The translations under genes were made by a program, and so were the position numbers. Source: a virus (Duplodnaviria > Caudoviricetes). Taken from it: a stretch of 64,000 nt of DNA. The stretch lies in IMG/VR virus record IMGVR_UViG_3300017912_002752; one strand, 5' to 3'. Below, in pieces: positions 26,200-37,151 of the stretch. The notes below the pieces were generated by a model. That model saw only the letters and a program-made list of their open reading frames with translations. It was not told the DNA's origin and made no database searches. The stretch's first letter is position 1; each line of letters opens with the position of its first letter.

Positions 26200-26410
26200 A
26201 GTAGTATTTCTCTCGTTTATGAGGCAGATTACTTAGGTGAAGGAGTTGACCTTGTAGTATGTCTATATGTCTATCGTAATCTTTATCTTTAATTGTGTAC
26301 ACCTCACCGAAATTGTCTTTTATTTCTATAAAGTCCTCACCAAAGTAAACGGCAGTTATTTTCTGCTGTTTCTGGGCGTTCCTGGATGCAATTTTATTTA
26401 TATCTTCCAT
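26186..26410 (-). CDS. Hypothetical protein
   Basis: ORF track. Confidence 0.55.
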   Translation of the reverse strand: MEDINKIASRNAQKQQKITAVYFGEDFIEIKDNFGEVYTIKDKDYDRHIDILQGQLLHLSNLPHKREKYYYEDN

Positions 26411-26552
26411 AACCTCATCTATTGCCTTTTATATCGTTTTGAGAGTCACCCCAACCTTTCAACGCCCTCATTCGGCGCTTGTAGAAAACATTTTGGGTTT
26501 ATCTCAAAATTTTTCTTCGACACACGACATCGTCCCATCTCATAAGGTCGAG

Positions 26553-26741
26553 TTAGTTGTCGTTTCTTGATTGTAGCTCATCTAAGATTTCTTCTTCTGT
26601 TATATCGAGGTCCATAACAAATGGTTTCTCACATAGGTCAATCATTCGCCATTTTAACTCGTCTTGAGAATCTACGATTGACTGAGATGTTTTACGAACT
26701 TTGTTTCCTACTGATTTTAATACTTCTTTAAATGTTTTCAC
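26553..26741 (-). CDS. Hypothetical protein
   Basis: ORF track. Confidence 0.55.
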   Translation of the reverse strand: MKTFKEVLKSVGNKVRKTSQSIVDSQDELKWRMIDLCEKPFVMDLDITEEEILDELQSRNDN

Positions 26742-27148
26742 TCTACTTCCTTTATGAATATTTGATAACTTCCTTTTATTATATATAGTACTTTTTTACT
26801 TATTGAAGTAAGGTCGTAATCATTTATCTCATTAAAGGTAATCCATCTCACTTTCTGATGGACATTGAGCTTTGGTTTTCCACTCTCATATTTGATTATA
26901 TATGGATAAACCATCACACCATCAATCTCTCTTTCGGGTATGTTATAATAGGGAAATATCTCTATATCTAACTCCTCTTTCCATTCTCTTTTGATTGCGT
27001 CATAATCAGATTCACCTTCCTCGATTTTTCCACCAGGAAGTTCCCATTGGTTGGGACATATACTATCTGATTCTAATCTCTGACCTATAAGGACTTTATC
27101 CTCGTCCAATAAAGCCCCACAAACTATCTTCATCTTGTTCCCCATCAT
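26738..27148 (-). CDS. Nudix hydrolase (MutT/NudG-like)
   Basis: WELPGGKIEEGESDYDAIKREWKEELDI Nudix box. Confidence 0.9.
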   Translation of the reverse strand: MMGNKMKIVCGALLDEDKVLIGQRLESDSICPNQWELPGGKIEEGESDYDAIKREWKEELDIEIFPYYNIPEREIDGVMVYPYIIKYESGKPKLNVHQKVRWITFNEINDYDLTSISKKVLYIIKGSYQIFIKEVE

Positions 27149-27290
27149 CTTGGATTATTCCAAGGTCTTTGTAGTTAATCGGAATATCATATTTCTTAGA
27201 CATAAGAATCATCATTTCCGTTGCTTTTATCATTTTCTCTGGATGTCTATTCCAAAGTATTTGATGCATTAATGTTGAGTCAAAACTCAT
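27096..27290 (-). CDS. Hypothetical protein
   Basis: ORF track; ATGA overlap with the upstream gene. Confidence 0.45.
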   Translation of the reverse strand: MSFDSTLMHQILWNRHPEKMIKATEMMILMSKKYDIPINYKDLGIIQDDGEQDEDSLWGFIGRG

Positions 27291-27907
27291 CGTATATTCG
27301 GTATCTGAAAATCAGACCAATCTCTACCCTTTAAATTTACATTATCGAAGTAGAATGTCCACTCATGTTCACCTGCCCATATTTGTTTTGTGAATCCACT
27401 CGGTATAAGTGCTCCACCTTCTACATATTCGGGTTCATTATCAAAGTGTACTATCACATTCACTTTCACCTCTTCAAATACCTTGGATAAGTCTCGTTCA
27501 AATCTTTCGAGTTCTTTCCATGGTCCTCTGTTTAGTGATTCGTGTTGAAGTGCACAATTCAGATAATTAAATGTTTCTCTGAGTGTTTCTTTGTCAAAAC
27601 AATTAAATGCTGCTGCGGGTGCCATATGACCCTTGTCATATACATTTGCTTTGTAGTCATCATTGTCTGAAGTCTTATATCCCTTTGGTTTCCAAAAGTC
27701 CATTCCACTTCTACTGATTTCACCCGTTGGACACATTATCTTGTATGTTACTTGAAGTGGTTGTTCATATTCTTCACTATAAACAACATCATATAGTTCA
27801 CCATCGTAATTTACAACTTGTGCAGATACACTCAATGTACCTACTAACATAAAGAAGATTATGGCGAATACCATAAAGTAATCTATTAAATCGAATTTAT
27901 CTTTCAT
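27287..27907 (-). CDS. Secreted DNA/RNA non-specific endonuclease (NucA/Serratia type)
   Basis: Signal peptide VSA|Q; DKGHMAP, TFNYLNCALQ, LNRGPWKELE. Confidence 0.9.
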   Translation of the reverse strand: MKDKFDLIDYFMVFAIIFFMLVGTLSVSAQVVNYDGELYDVVYSEEYEQPLQVTYKIMCPTGEISRSGMDFWKPKGYKTSDNDDYKANVYDKGHMAPAAAFNCFDKETLRETFNYLNCALQHESLNRGPWKELERFERDLSKVFEEVKVNVIVHFDNEPEYVEGGALIPSGFTKQIWAGEHEWTFYFDNVNLKGRDWSDFQIPNIR

Positions 27908-28057
27908 TTTCTTGCCAATACCTTATACTTAAGTGGTGGTCTGTTTCTCTGATATTGTTCCATGGTCCACCTAAGTCTGTCTGTTTTTACCATGAAAATA
28001 TTGTCCTCACCCTGCTCTGAGTCAATGTACTTGATTTGTATCTTGTAAGTTTTAAAT

Positions 28058-28534
28058 TTAGCCATCCATTTCTAATTTTCGTTCAAAATAATCCGCAGAA
28101 TCTTTTATCTCTGGATTCTGTCTTATTGTTTGCATAGCAATCATGTCTTTCATCTTAGTCGTTGACCAACCATGTGCTCTTGTTGTATAAACAACTTTTG
28201 GTGGTAAGTCATCACCTGTGAAAGGTTTTCCAATGTAATCCTCACCTAAGATTCTTACATCGGGTTTGAAAAACTTAATCAAATCGTAAAGTTCTTCTTC
28301 TGTCTGATATACATATACTTCATCGATATATTGGATTGCCATCAATGTACGATATCTTTCGTATAATGGTATAACAGGTTTATATTTAGATTTTCTGTGT
28401 AGACTTGGGTCTCTCTGAAGAAATACTATAAAGTGGTCACAATGTCTCTTTGCCTCTTGGAATGTGTAAATATACCCAGGATGAATCAAATCAAAGTTTC
28501 CTGCAGTAAATCCAACTATTTTATTTTTTTTCAC
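28058..28534 (-). CDS. Cytidylyltransferase (TagD/glycerol-3-phosphate type)
   Basis: TAGNFDLIHPGY, ILGEDY, RAHGWSTT. Confidence 0.8.
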   Translation of the reverse strand: MKKNKIVGFTAGNFDLIHPGYIYTFQEAKRHCDHFIVFLQRDPSLHRKSKYKPVIPLYERYRTLMAIQYIDEVYVYQTEEELYDLIKFFKPDVRILGEDYIGKPFTGDDLPPKVVYTTRAHGWSTTKMKDMIAMQTIRQNPEIKDSADYFERKLEMDG

Positions 28535-29179
28535 TTTTACCTTTTAATAATTTCTTTGTCTGTTTCCTTAAATCAGGTGGAAGGTCCACATTTCTAACTT
28601 TTAATTTGGTCTCTTCCTCAACTCGTTGTACACAAAATTGTCTTTGACTTTTATTTCCATTTCCCCATAACCAACCGATTGTATCTTTGATTCTGTTGAT
28701 TTCATTTTCGAGTTGTCTTAAGTTTCTGGTCAACAAGATTTCATCATTCTTATCCATATTATAGTCAACCTCATATTCTGCTGCTAACTCTAACATTTTT
28801 CCCAAATCTTGTTTTTCATACGCTTCTTTAACTGATTGAAACTCTTGATGTTTCCCACCTAATTTATCTGGATGGGTTTTAGCCGCGAGTCTCTTATATA
28901 GATTCTTGACCTTTTTCGGAGCGTCCCTAAGTAGTTCCCTCTGTTCGTCAAGTTTCCGTTGTTGTTTTTCTCTCTCTTTCTTTGCATTCTCAAAGTGTGT
29001 TGTTGGGTTTTCGAATTCTTTCTGATTCTTTGTATTTTCTATCTTTGCTGCTTTTTTATAGTATTTATCAAAATATTTGTCAAAATCAGTTGTGTATTTT
29101 TCAAAGTCGTCTCTTACATCTTCCAACTCTAATTTCAAATACTCATACTTTAACTTTAATATCTTGAGTTTTCTATCCA

Positions 29180-29180
<1 letters not shown>
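28521..29180 (-). CDS. J-domain (DnaJ-like) co-chaperone
   Basis: LYKRLAAKTHPDKLGG..EFQSVKEAYE with intact HPD. Confidence 0.8.
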
Positions 29181-30781
<1,601 letters not shown>

Positions 30782-31390
30782 TTATTTACCTTTTTTTTGT
30801 TTTTCTCTTGCTTGTTTAATTTGTTCTGCTCTCCATTGAGGTTGTTTTCCACGGATGTTTCCACGGAGATTATGGAAACAATTGTAACACAAGAATCTGA
30901 TATTGTCCCTTTTATGATTGGTCCAATCATCATCCATATGGTCAAGAATCAAAGGTATAGTTCCATCTGTAACCCTTTTTTCATTGTAACCACAATTGTG
31001 ACATTCATGCGGAAAATTTAATTCTTCTTTATGTGAATTGTTAATTAATCTTTTCTTTAGTAAAAAAACAGGATATTTAGGATGTTTACCATCTAATATG
31101 TCATTCAATGCGTATTTACCTTGAGTTACATTATATGGTTTCTTTACACCCTTACCCCTCTGATTCTTATGTAAGTCCCAAAGAGTTTTTCCTGTTTCTT
31201 CGTCTTTATATAATTTAGAATATTTTTGATATGTAGTCAACGACACATTTAAGAATCTTGCTGCGCCTGAGTTTGACTTTGAGTTCTTCATCGCATACCG
31301 AATCTGACTCTCTGTTAGGTTCAAGGGAGTTCGTCCCTTTCCTAAAACATAACCATTCGGTAATTTAAAACCCTTTTTCATATCTTTCAT
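30782..31390 (-). CDS. HNH endonuclease-like protein with N-terminal helix-turn-helix-like region
   Basis: CHNC...LDHMDDDWTNHKRDNIRFLCYNC. Confidence 0.75.
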   Translation of the reverse strand: MKDMKKGFKLPNGYVLGKGRTPLNLTESQIRYAMKNSKSNSGAARFLNVSLTTYQKYSKLYKDEETGKTLWDLHKNQRGKGVKKPYNVTQGKYALNDILDGKHPKYPVFLLKKRLINNSHKEELNFPHECHNCGYNEKRVTDGTIPLILDHMDDDWTNHKRDNIRFLCYNCFHNLRGNIRGKQPQWRAEQIKQAREKQKKGK

Positions 31391-31407
31391 TTATATATAA
31401 ATATGGT

Positions 31408-31626
31408 CTACCCATATTTTTGTACTATACTTTCCAAAAATTGGAATTCTCTGTAACTTAAGGTCATCCTCTTTTTCTCTATCTTCTGCCTTAAATCATA
31501 CAATTTCTTTTTATCTTTATATTGGAAAATACCTTTTATGTGTTTTGGATTAGAATATAAAATTTCTTCTGCACTCCTCACATAATTAAAGTGTCGCCAA
31601 AGCTCTTTTTCTATTATCATTTCCAT
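31408..31626 (-). CDS. Hypothetical protein
   Basis: ORF track. Confidence 0.55.
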   Translation of the reverse strand: MEMIIEKELWRHFNYVRSAEEILYSNPKHIKGIFQYKDKKKLYDLRQKIEKKRMTLSYREFQFLESIVQKYG

Positions 31627-31961
31627 AATACCTGAACACCTAATAATAGAGTAGCTAATACTAATGATACTGCGACCTTTGGAGTGATTCCTTCATTGAA
31701 GAACTTTGCAACCATGACTGCGTACACAACCATACCCACACCAAATCCTAAGAATCTTGCAGGCCATAACAATCCATCAAAACCTTCTACTGCGTATTTA
31801 GTTCCCCATATATAAAAGTATGATATTGGTATACCAAATAATGCCAGTAGAAAAGTATTCTCTTTAAACCATTCCCACTTGAATTGTCCATTTAGTTGAA
31901 AGAACACTGCGATGTGTCCTACCAAAAACCAAAATAAACCCAACAACACATACCTATTCAT
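31617..31961 (-). CDS. Four-TM small membrane protein (DMT/SMR-like)
   Basis: Four hydrophobic helices, FNEGIT motif. Confidence 0.65.
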   Translation of the reverse strand: MNRYVLLGLFWFLVGHIAVFFQLNGQFKWEWFKENTFLLALFGIPISYFYIWGTKYAVEGFDGLLWPARFLGFGVGMVVYAVMVAKFFNEGITPKVAVSLVLATLLLGVQVLWK

Positions 31962-32275
31962 TATCCGTTGATTTTCATTAGTATTTCTTGCTCTCTGTAT
32001 AGATTTACTTTTTCACCATCTAACTTAAGTTGGATTCCTGTATTAGGTACAATTACCATATCACCAACTTTTAATTTCATAGGTATTTCTGTACCTGTTG
32101 AGGTAAATATACCACTACCAACTGCGAGTACTTCACCTTTCATCTGTTCTTTGTTAGATTCAGGTTTGTATAACCCACCTTTGGTCTTTTCCTCTTCTTT
32201 GATTACTTTGACTAAAACATAGTCATTTAGTGGTTCATACGATTGCCACCACTTCTTTTTTGCAGTCTTTGCCAT
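31961..32275 (-). CDS. groES: Co-chaperonin GroES
   Basis: PLNDYVLV, TKGGLY, GEVLAVGSG, LKVGD, EQEIL; promoter at 32296-32327. Confidence 0.93.
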   Translation of the reverse strand: MAKTAKKKWWQSYEPLNDYVLVKVIKEEEKTKGGLYKPESNKEQMKGEVLAVGSGIFTSTGTEIPMKLKVGDMVIVPNTGIQLKLDGEKVNLYREQEILMKING

Positions 32276-32329
32276 AACTTCTTTCTAATTTGTTTACAAT
32301 ATACAACTTTTTTTTGATATACACAAGTA

Positions 32330-32608
32330 TTATTCTTGATTTCTTTTTAATATCTCAATCACTTGTCTTAAATCTTCTGAATCACGGAATACTATTGCAT
32401 TATCCGTAATTGTTACTTCCAACTCATTATCCCACTCATCAGTAGTATTTGATTGGAATTCAATCTCATCAATTAATAATGAATAAAATGCTGGTGGTTC
32501 GAACTCTTCGAATACACCATCCATGTTCACAACACTATATTCGTTATTAACTGATGTCTCTTCTCTATCGAAACCTAATTCGATGAGGTCTTGTTCAGTT
32601 ATCATCAT
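32330..32608 (-). CDS. Hypothetical acidic protein
   Basis: ORF track. Confidence 0.55.
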   Translation of the reverse strand: MMITEQDLIELGFDREETSVNNEYSVVNMDGVFEEFEPPAFYSLLIDEIEFQSNTTDEWDNELEVTITDNAIVFRDSEDLRQVIEILKRNQE

Positions 32609-32820
32609 TATATTTTCCCCGCGTCTAACTTATCAGTATTATTAATATCTTCAATTAATGACTCAATTTTTTCCTTGGTTAAATCTATGAAACCATCTTC
32701 TAACAAACCATATACTTCCCAAAGATTGTCTACAACTAATCTTTTTGAACATAAAGGACTTTTTGCTTTGATTTCTTTTCCTTCCGTTAACCAATCTTTT
32801 ACATCGTCTCTTAAACTCAT
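32608..32820 (-). CDS. Hypothetical protein
   Basis: ORF track. Confidence 0.55.
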   Translation of the reverse strand: MSLRDDVKDWLTEGKEIKAKSPLCSKRLVVDNLWEVYGLLEDGFIDLTKEKIESLIEDINNTDKLDAGKI

Positions 32821-32830
32821 GTTACCATAA

Positions 32831-33181
32831 TTATACCATTACACTATCAAACCCACCATTCTTGTCAACAATAATTCCTTTTGCTCTGACTTGAGAAGGA
32901 TTTTTATCACTTTTATTGTTGATTAAGATTCTCTCATCTCTACCAATTCCCATCACTAACTGATGAAATGGTATTCCTAAGATATCCATTTCTTGAATTG
33001 TATCGTCTCTCAAAGACTCAGGTCTTGCGGTAGTCAATACAATATGGTGTCCACTTTTGAACCATGAAACCATCTTCTCAACTACACCAGGCAGTGCCTT
33101 AGATTTGAAAGGGTCAATATCATCGAAAGGTACTTGGTAAACCAAAGTCCCATCGATATCGCTAAAAATTGTTTTACTCAT
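32831..33181 (-). CDS. HAD-superfamily phosphatase
   Basis: FSDIDGTL, LTTAR, RILIN. Confidence 0.8.
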   Translation of the reverse strand: MSKTIFSDIDGTLVYQVPFDDIDPFKSKALPGVVEKMVSWFKSGHHIVLTTARPESLRDDTIQEMDILGIPFHQLVMGIGRDERILINNKSDKNPSQVRAKGIIVDKNGGFDSVMV

Positions 33182-33200
33182 ATTTCTCATTTTTACAGTA

Positions 33201-33256
33201 CTAAAGTACAAAATTTATTTATAATTTCCAAACTTTTAATATTAAATAATTGTTAA
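33201..33256 (-). promoter_or_regulatory. Promoter with TTAACA/TTAATA repeat
   Basis: TACTTTAG 33201-33208, TTTGG 33228-33232, repeats 33240-33245 and 33251-33256. Confidence 0.7.
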
Positions 33257-33259
33257 ATT

Positions 33260-33901
33260 TTACCAGTTTTCTCTTCTTTTTTGTTCATCATCCCATACCC
33301 AACTCATCAATCTTGTTTCTTCTACATCATGCAAAACGATTGTTTTATCTGTAATTTTACTATCGTAGAAATATTCATATCCAAAACAAGCAACATCACC
33401 TTCTATTTCTTGAATAATTCTATCAGAAAACATCTTACAACCATTTGCCCAATTTATATCGTGATAAGTATCCATTAATTGATAAATCATTCTTGCACCA
33501 GGCGTTGAACCATATACAGTACAATCAAATAGTGTATTGTTTGCTTGGGTTGGTTTCAAACCTGTAAAGAATGTTATATTTTCTGAAAGTTGATTTAGGA
33601 CAATATCAAATGATTGGACTGGCTTACAATCTGCATCACAATATATTCCACCATAGTCTCTAAGTAATAGTAATCTAATTCTGTCACATATAAATGCCCA
33701 TCGATATAAATCCGGCTCTCTGAGATAATTTGTTAGGTATGGGTCATCTTTGTACATTTCAAATACCTCATTACCCCAAACTTTACAATCATAGTCAAGA
33801 TTTACTACTGCCATATCATCAGTAAACTTTTTGATATAATCAGGTATGGGGTTTTCACCAACCCATAGTTGGTGTATTATTTTAGGTATTTTTGTTTTCA
33901 T
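33260..33901 (-). CDS. Glycosyltransferase family 32 (DXD)
   Basis: IPKIIHQLW, DRIRLLLLRDYGGIYCDAD. Confidence 0.85.
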   Translation of the reverse strand: MKTKIPKIIHQLWVGENPIPDYIKKFTDDMAVVNLDYDCKVWGNEVFEMYKDDPYLTNYLREPDLYRWAFICDRIRLLLLRDYGGIYCDADCKPVQSFDIVLNQLSENITFFTGLKPTQANNTLFDCTVYGSTPGARMIYQLMDTYHDINWANGCKMFSDRIIQEIEGDVACFGYEYFYDSKITDKTIVLHDVEETRLMSWVWDDEQKRRENW

Positions 33902-34086
33902 ATACTTAAGTGTCCTAATTTTTCGTGTAACCTCTTCATGTGTTTACATGGTGAATAAGGCCTAAACTCTCTTGCTTTACATTCACAATCTGATATGTGA
34001 TAATCCGTAACAGTTACATTGTAATAAGACAACTTACCTGTCTTCTTGTTACGACTACCCATTTCTCTATACTGCCACTTCCTCAT
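33898..34086 (-). CDS. SWIM zinc-finger protein
   Basis: CEC...PCKH. Confidence 0.7.
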   Translation of the reverse strand: MRKWQYREMGSRNKKTGKLSYYNVTVTDYHISDCECKAREFRPYSPCKHMKRLHEKLGHLSI

Positions 34087-34354
34087 CGTCTATTTTTTTC
34101 ATTAGTAAATCATACGACAACTCAGTTGGTTCTTGAAATAGAACCTCATGGTCACGATACTCAAACTTTTCCAAGTCATTGGATTGTTCCTTAACTATCT
34201 CAGTTAATTTACCTTCCAAGTCATCAGTATACATTACAACATCCGTTGCCACTTCCATTGTGAACTGATGTCCACCTTTCGGTTTCCAATGAGTTCGTCC
34301 CTCATGAAATCCATAATTCTCATAATACTGAGTATCAATTACAATCTTTGCCAT
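34067..34354 (-). CDS. Conserved phage hypothetical protein
   Basis: TQYYENYG...HWKPKGG motif. Confidence 0.65.
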   Translation of the reverse strand: MAKIVIDTQYYENYGFHEGRTHWKPKGGHQFTMEVATDVVMYTDDLEGKLTEIVKEQSNDLEKFEYRDHEVLFQEPTELSYDLLMKKIDDEEVAV

Positions 34355-34366
34355 ATTTCTTAATTT

Positions 34367-34555
34367 TTAATGAACAATAAAATCTGTTAACTCTTCACCG
34401 ATACCAACTCCGTTTTTAGTTATCTCATAACTGGGGTCCATACCTGAACTAATTACTGAATCAACTAGCTCTTGAATCGTATCAAAACTTTTATCATAAT
34501 AACTACAATCTAAACTATACATATTTTTTATTTTTAACATGGACAGAATATCCAC
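34367..34555 (-). CDS. Hypothetical protein
   Basis: ORF track; start probably at the internal MYSLDC. Confidence 0.55.
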   Translation of the reverse strand: MDILSMLKIKNMYSLDCSYYDKSFDTIQELVDSVISSGMDPSYEITKNGVGIGEELTDFIVH

Positions 34556-34696
34556 AATGAAACATATAACAATGCGAAAACACTACCTATAAACAAGGTA
34601 GAAACAATTGCATCTACTGGATTTTCAATCAAATACTTTACTGCCTCTTTATTAAATTCGTACCAATCTTTCATATTTTTTACTTTTTAGTTTTTA

Positions 34697-34748
34697 AAAA
34701 AAAGGTGGTTTGTTTCACAGGTTTTTGTCCCTTAAGTCTAACCACCTT
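34697..34748 (-). terminator. Terminator-like hairpin with an alternative pairing
   Basis: AAGGTGGTT/AACCACCTT + T run on the minus strand; a competing AAGTCT/AGACTT stem brackets the 5' arm. Confidence 0.5.
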
Positions 34749-34768
34749 AAGAAAAGACTTGCGTTTCT

Positions 34769-34996
34769 TTATACAAATGAACCACTATTGATAAACTTAC
34801 TAACAACTCCGTATTCTGAGTGACTTAAAGCGTCATACCAATCTGATGCCACCTCATCTTCTACAAGAGATATCGGACAATCAAAGTCTGGTTTGTTGTT
34901 AACAAATGCTGGATAAACAATTCCTGTGTTGGTGTCGACCCAACTTCCTACTGATTTCAATTCTACTAAATTCATATTTTTTAATTTATTACTCAT
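34769..34996 (-). CDS. Hypothetical early protein
   Basis: ORF directly behind the promoter at 35007-35062. Confidence 0.6.
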   Translation of the reverse strand: MSNKLKNMNLVELKSVGSWVDTNTGIVYPAFVNNKPDFDCPISLVEDEVASDWYDALSHSEYGVVSKFINSGSFV

Positions 34997-35006
34997 TATT
35001 ACACTA

Positions 35007-35062
35007 CTAATATCGTTAATTTTTTTGACAATTCCAAATTTTTAATGTTAAGAAATTGTTAA
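35007..35062 (-). promoter_or_regulatory. Promoter with TTAACA-N5-TTAACA repeat
   Basis: GATATTAG 35007-35014, TTTGG 35034-35038, TTAACA 35046-35051 and 35057-35062. Confidence 0.7.
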
Positions 35063-35065
35063 ATT

Positions 35066-35680
35066 TTATACACATCCCATTATTGAATCGATGTTCTTAA
35101 GAACACTTTTACTCATGTATTCTTTATTCCAATCTAACCAGCCACCTTTTTGAACAACCTTGTCAATATATTCTTGAGTGTTGTCATTTTGGTGAGTGTA
35201 GTTCTTACTGATTTCACACCACTCGTTCCACTCATTTATCCAATATTCTTTTGAACCCCAATTAGGTTTGTTCTCAATAAAGATGTAAGAAGGAAAATAC
35301 TTTAATGGAGTGCCATTGTCAGTAGTTGGTGAATCTTCTCTCATTTCGTACATATCAATCATACCATTGAAAGTACCACCTTGTAAGATACCTTTCCAAG
35401 TCTCTATCTTTTGAAAATCAATAGGGTCTACTTTAGAACCATCTTTCTTACAGACATTCACTCTTACTGAAGAACCACCACTATAAACATCAGAAGTAGC
35501 GGAACAAACTAAGTTAGGAAAGTTTTTCTTGACATATTGTTTGATTATCGAAGCGCAATACTTTGCTCTCATTTGGATGTAAGTTTCGTCATCCCATTGA
35601 GTTGAACCTTTTAGTACTAATGCTGCTTTTGGTAATTCGTAGATATCACCATTGATTGTTAATTTGATTTTTTTACTCAT
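35066..35680 (-). CDS. Protein with LPD29-like (large polyvalent protein-associated) domain
   Basis: IKQYVKKNFP...SATSDVYSGGSSVRV...FNGMIDMY. Confidence 0.55.
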   Translation of the reverse strand: MSKKIKLTINGDIYELPKAALVLKGSTQWDDETYIQMRAKYCASIIKQYVKKNFPNLVCSATSDVYSGGSSVRVNVCKKDGSKVDPIDFQKIETWKGILQGGTFNGMIDMYEMREDSPTTDNGTPLKYFPSYIFIENKPNWGSKEYWINEWNEWCEISKNYTHQNDNTQEYIDKVVQKGGWLDWNKEYMSKSVLKNIDSIMGCV

Positions 35681-35714
35681 ATTTTTTAATTTACTATTTC
35701 TCATTCTTACATAG

Positions 35715-35770
35715 TAAAGATACGCAAAAGATATGGTTTCGCCAAATTTCTAATGTTAAATAATTGTTAA
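35715..35770 (-). promoter_or_regulatory. Promoter with TTAACA-N5-TTAACA repeat
   Basis: TATCTTTA 35715-35722, TTTGG 35742-35746, TTAACA 35754-35759 and 35765-35770. Confidence 0.75.
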
Positions 35771-35773
35771 ATT

Positions 35774-36406
35774 TTACCTAAATTTGAATTTTTTTCGTGG
35801 TTTTTCCCACATATCATAGACTTCGTCTTTTTCATATCCAAAATTAACATAATCATTGTAAAATCTATCATAACAAACTTGTCTAAGGTGTTGTTCATCA
35901 AATGAAACTCTTGGAAAGGCTGACTTACCTATAAATGGAATCTCAAAATCATCAGGCATAAACCAAAGTTCTTTTAAGTCTTCTTTAATACTTTCTGCTC
36001 TGATGAGTAAATCTACTTGTGGTCCAACATTTTTTATCCCATTCCACAATCCCCATGCATCTATCCAATCTTGTGACATAGATTGTAGAGATTCTATTGG
36101 TCCAGCTTTGGGGTCATCAATTTCGTGTTGTTGTCCTGAGTATGCGTACTTCCAATAACTTAACCACCTATAATATGGATGTCTGATACTAGCTATGTGA
36201 ATGTAATCATCACCTGCCTCTTCAGGCCAAATGTTTACATGGGTAAAATTAGATGGGTGTTCTTCACTTGGCCAATCGGGGTTTAAATCACAATGTTCTA
36301 TAAAAATATCTCTTACAGACCTTGATGCAACCTTTGCAGGTGCAGTCCATACAAATTTGTATTTGTGACTTATATTTGCACCCCTTTTTTGACTATCAAA
36401 TGACAT
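35774..36406 (-). CDS. Sulfotransferase family 2-like protein
   Basis: 5'-PSB-like PAKVASRS, 3'-PB-like IRHPYYRWLS, YNDYVNFGY. Confidence 0.75.
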   Translation of the reverse strand: MSFDSQKRGANISHKYKFVWTAPAKVASRSVRDIFIEHCDLNPDWPSEEHPSNFTHVNIWPEEAGDDYIHIASIRHPYYRWLSYWKYAYSGQQHEIDDPKAGPIESLQSMSQDWIDAWGLWNGIKNVGPQVDLLIRAESIKEDLKELWFMPDDFEIPFIGKSAFPRVSFDEQHLRQVCYDRFYNDYVNFGYEKDEVYDMWEKPRKKFKFR

Positions 36407-36987
36407 TATCTCTCTGTATTAAAAAAGAATGTTTGGAATAATCTTCCATCGTATTTGTCTCTACCAAAATAATCTAAAGACTGATGAAAGAAATCACCTC
36501 TATAAATTACTAATCTGTTATAGACATTTGCTAATCTTTCAGTCATTTCCCATTTTGTCATGTCTTGGGAATCTTTGTAAATTTCATCCATTAGTTCTTT
36601 ATCATAAGAACCATCGTCTTTTAGTGGATGACTAACTAAGCCAGTTTCTTTGTGTTTAAATAAACCTGTTCCTGCGCTCAATGGGGCGTTTGGTGTTAAG
36701 TAACAAACTCCTGCCCATCTCGTTGTATTATCACAATGAATCCAACTTCTTTCTCTTGAAGTTGTGTATTGATATGCTCCTGTATATTCATCACCCCAAT
36801 CAATAATTCTACCCCATTGTGGTGACAATATACCTTCAATGGTATCCATTACTGATTTATTGAGAAAGGGTTTTGTTCTTTGTCCTGGGTAGTTACCTCT
36901 GACACCGAAGTCTTGTTGTAGTGCGAATTCTCTTACTTCATCTACATTTGAGTAAAAGTCATCAACAATGTATGCGTTTACATTCAT
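36406..36987 (-). CDS. 2OG-Fe(II) oxygenase-like protein (DUF6445-like)
   Basis: VDDFY, YPGQRT, WIHCD, AGVCYL, YNRLVIY..FH, RLFQTFF. Confidence 0.75.
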   Translation of the reverse strand: MNVNAYIVDDFYSNVDEVREFALQQDFGVRGNYPGQRTKPFLNKSVMDTIEGILSPQWGRIIDWGDEYTGAYQYTTSRERSWIHCDNTTRWAGVCYLTPNAPLSAGTGLFKHKETGLVSHPLKDDGSYDKELMDEIYKDSQDMTKWEMTERLANVYNRLVIYRGDFFHQSLDYFGRDKYDGRLFQTFFFNTER

Positions 36988-37151
36988 AACTTTTTTCTAA
37001 TAATTAAATTGTTCTAAATCTTCTCGATGAATTCCAATATATTCTTGGAGTTGCTCCTAAGTACTTTTTTTTATGAAGTCTTTCATTGAAATCGTTACGA
37101 GTCTGATTTAGTTGTGCGTTTCCGTTTTGTTGTTCTTGATTTACCATTAAT

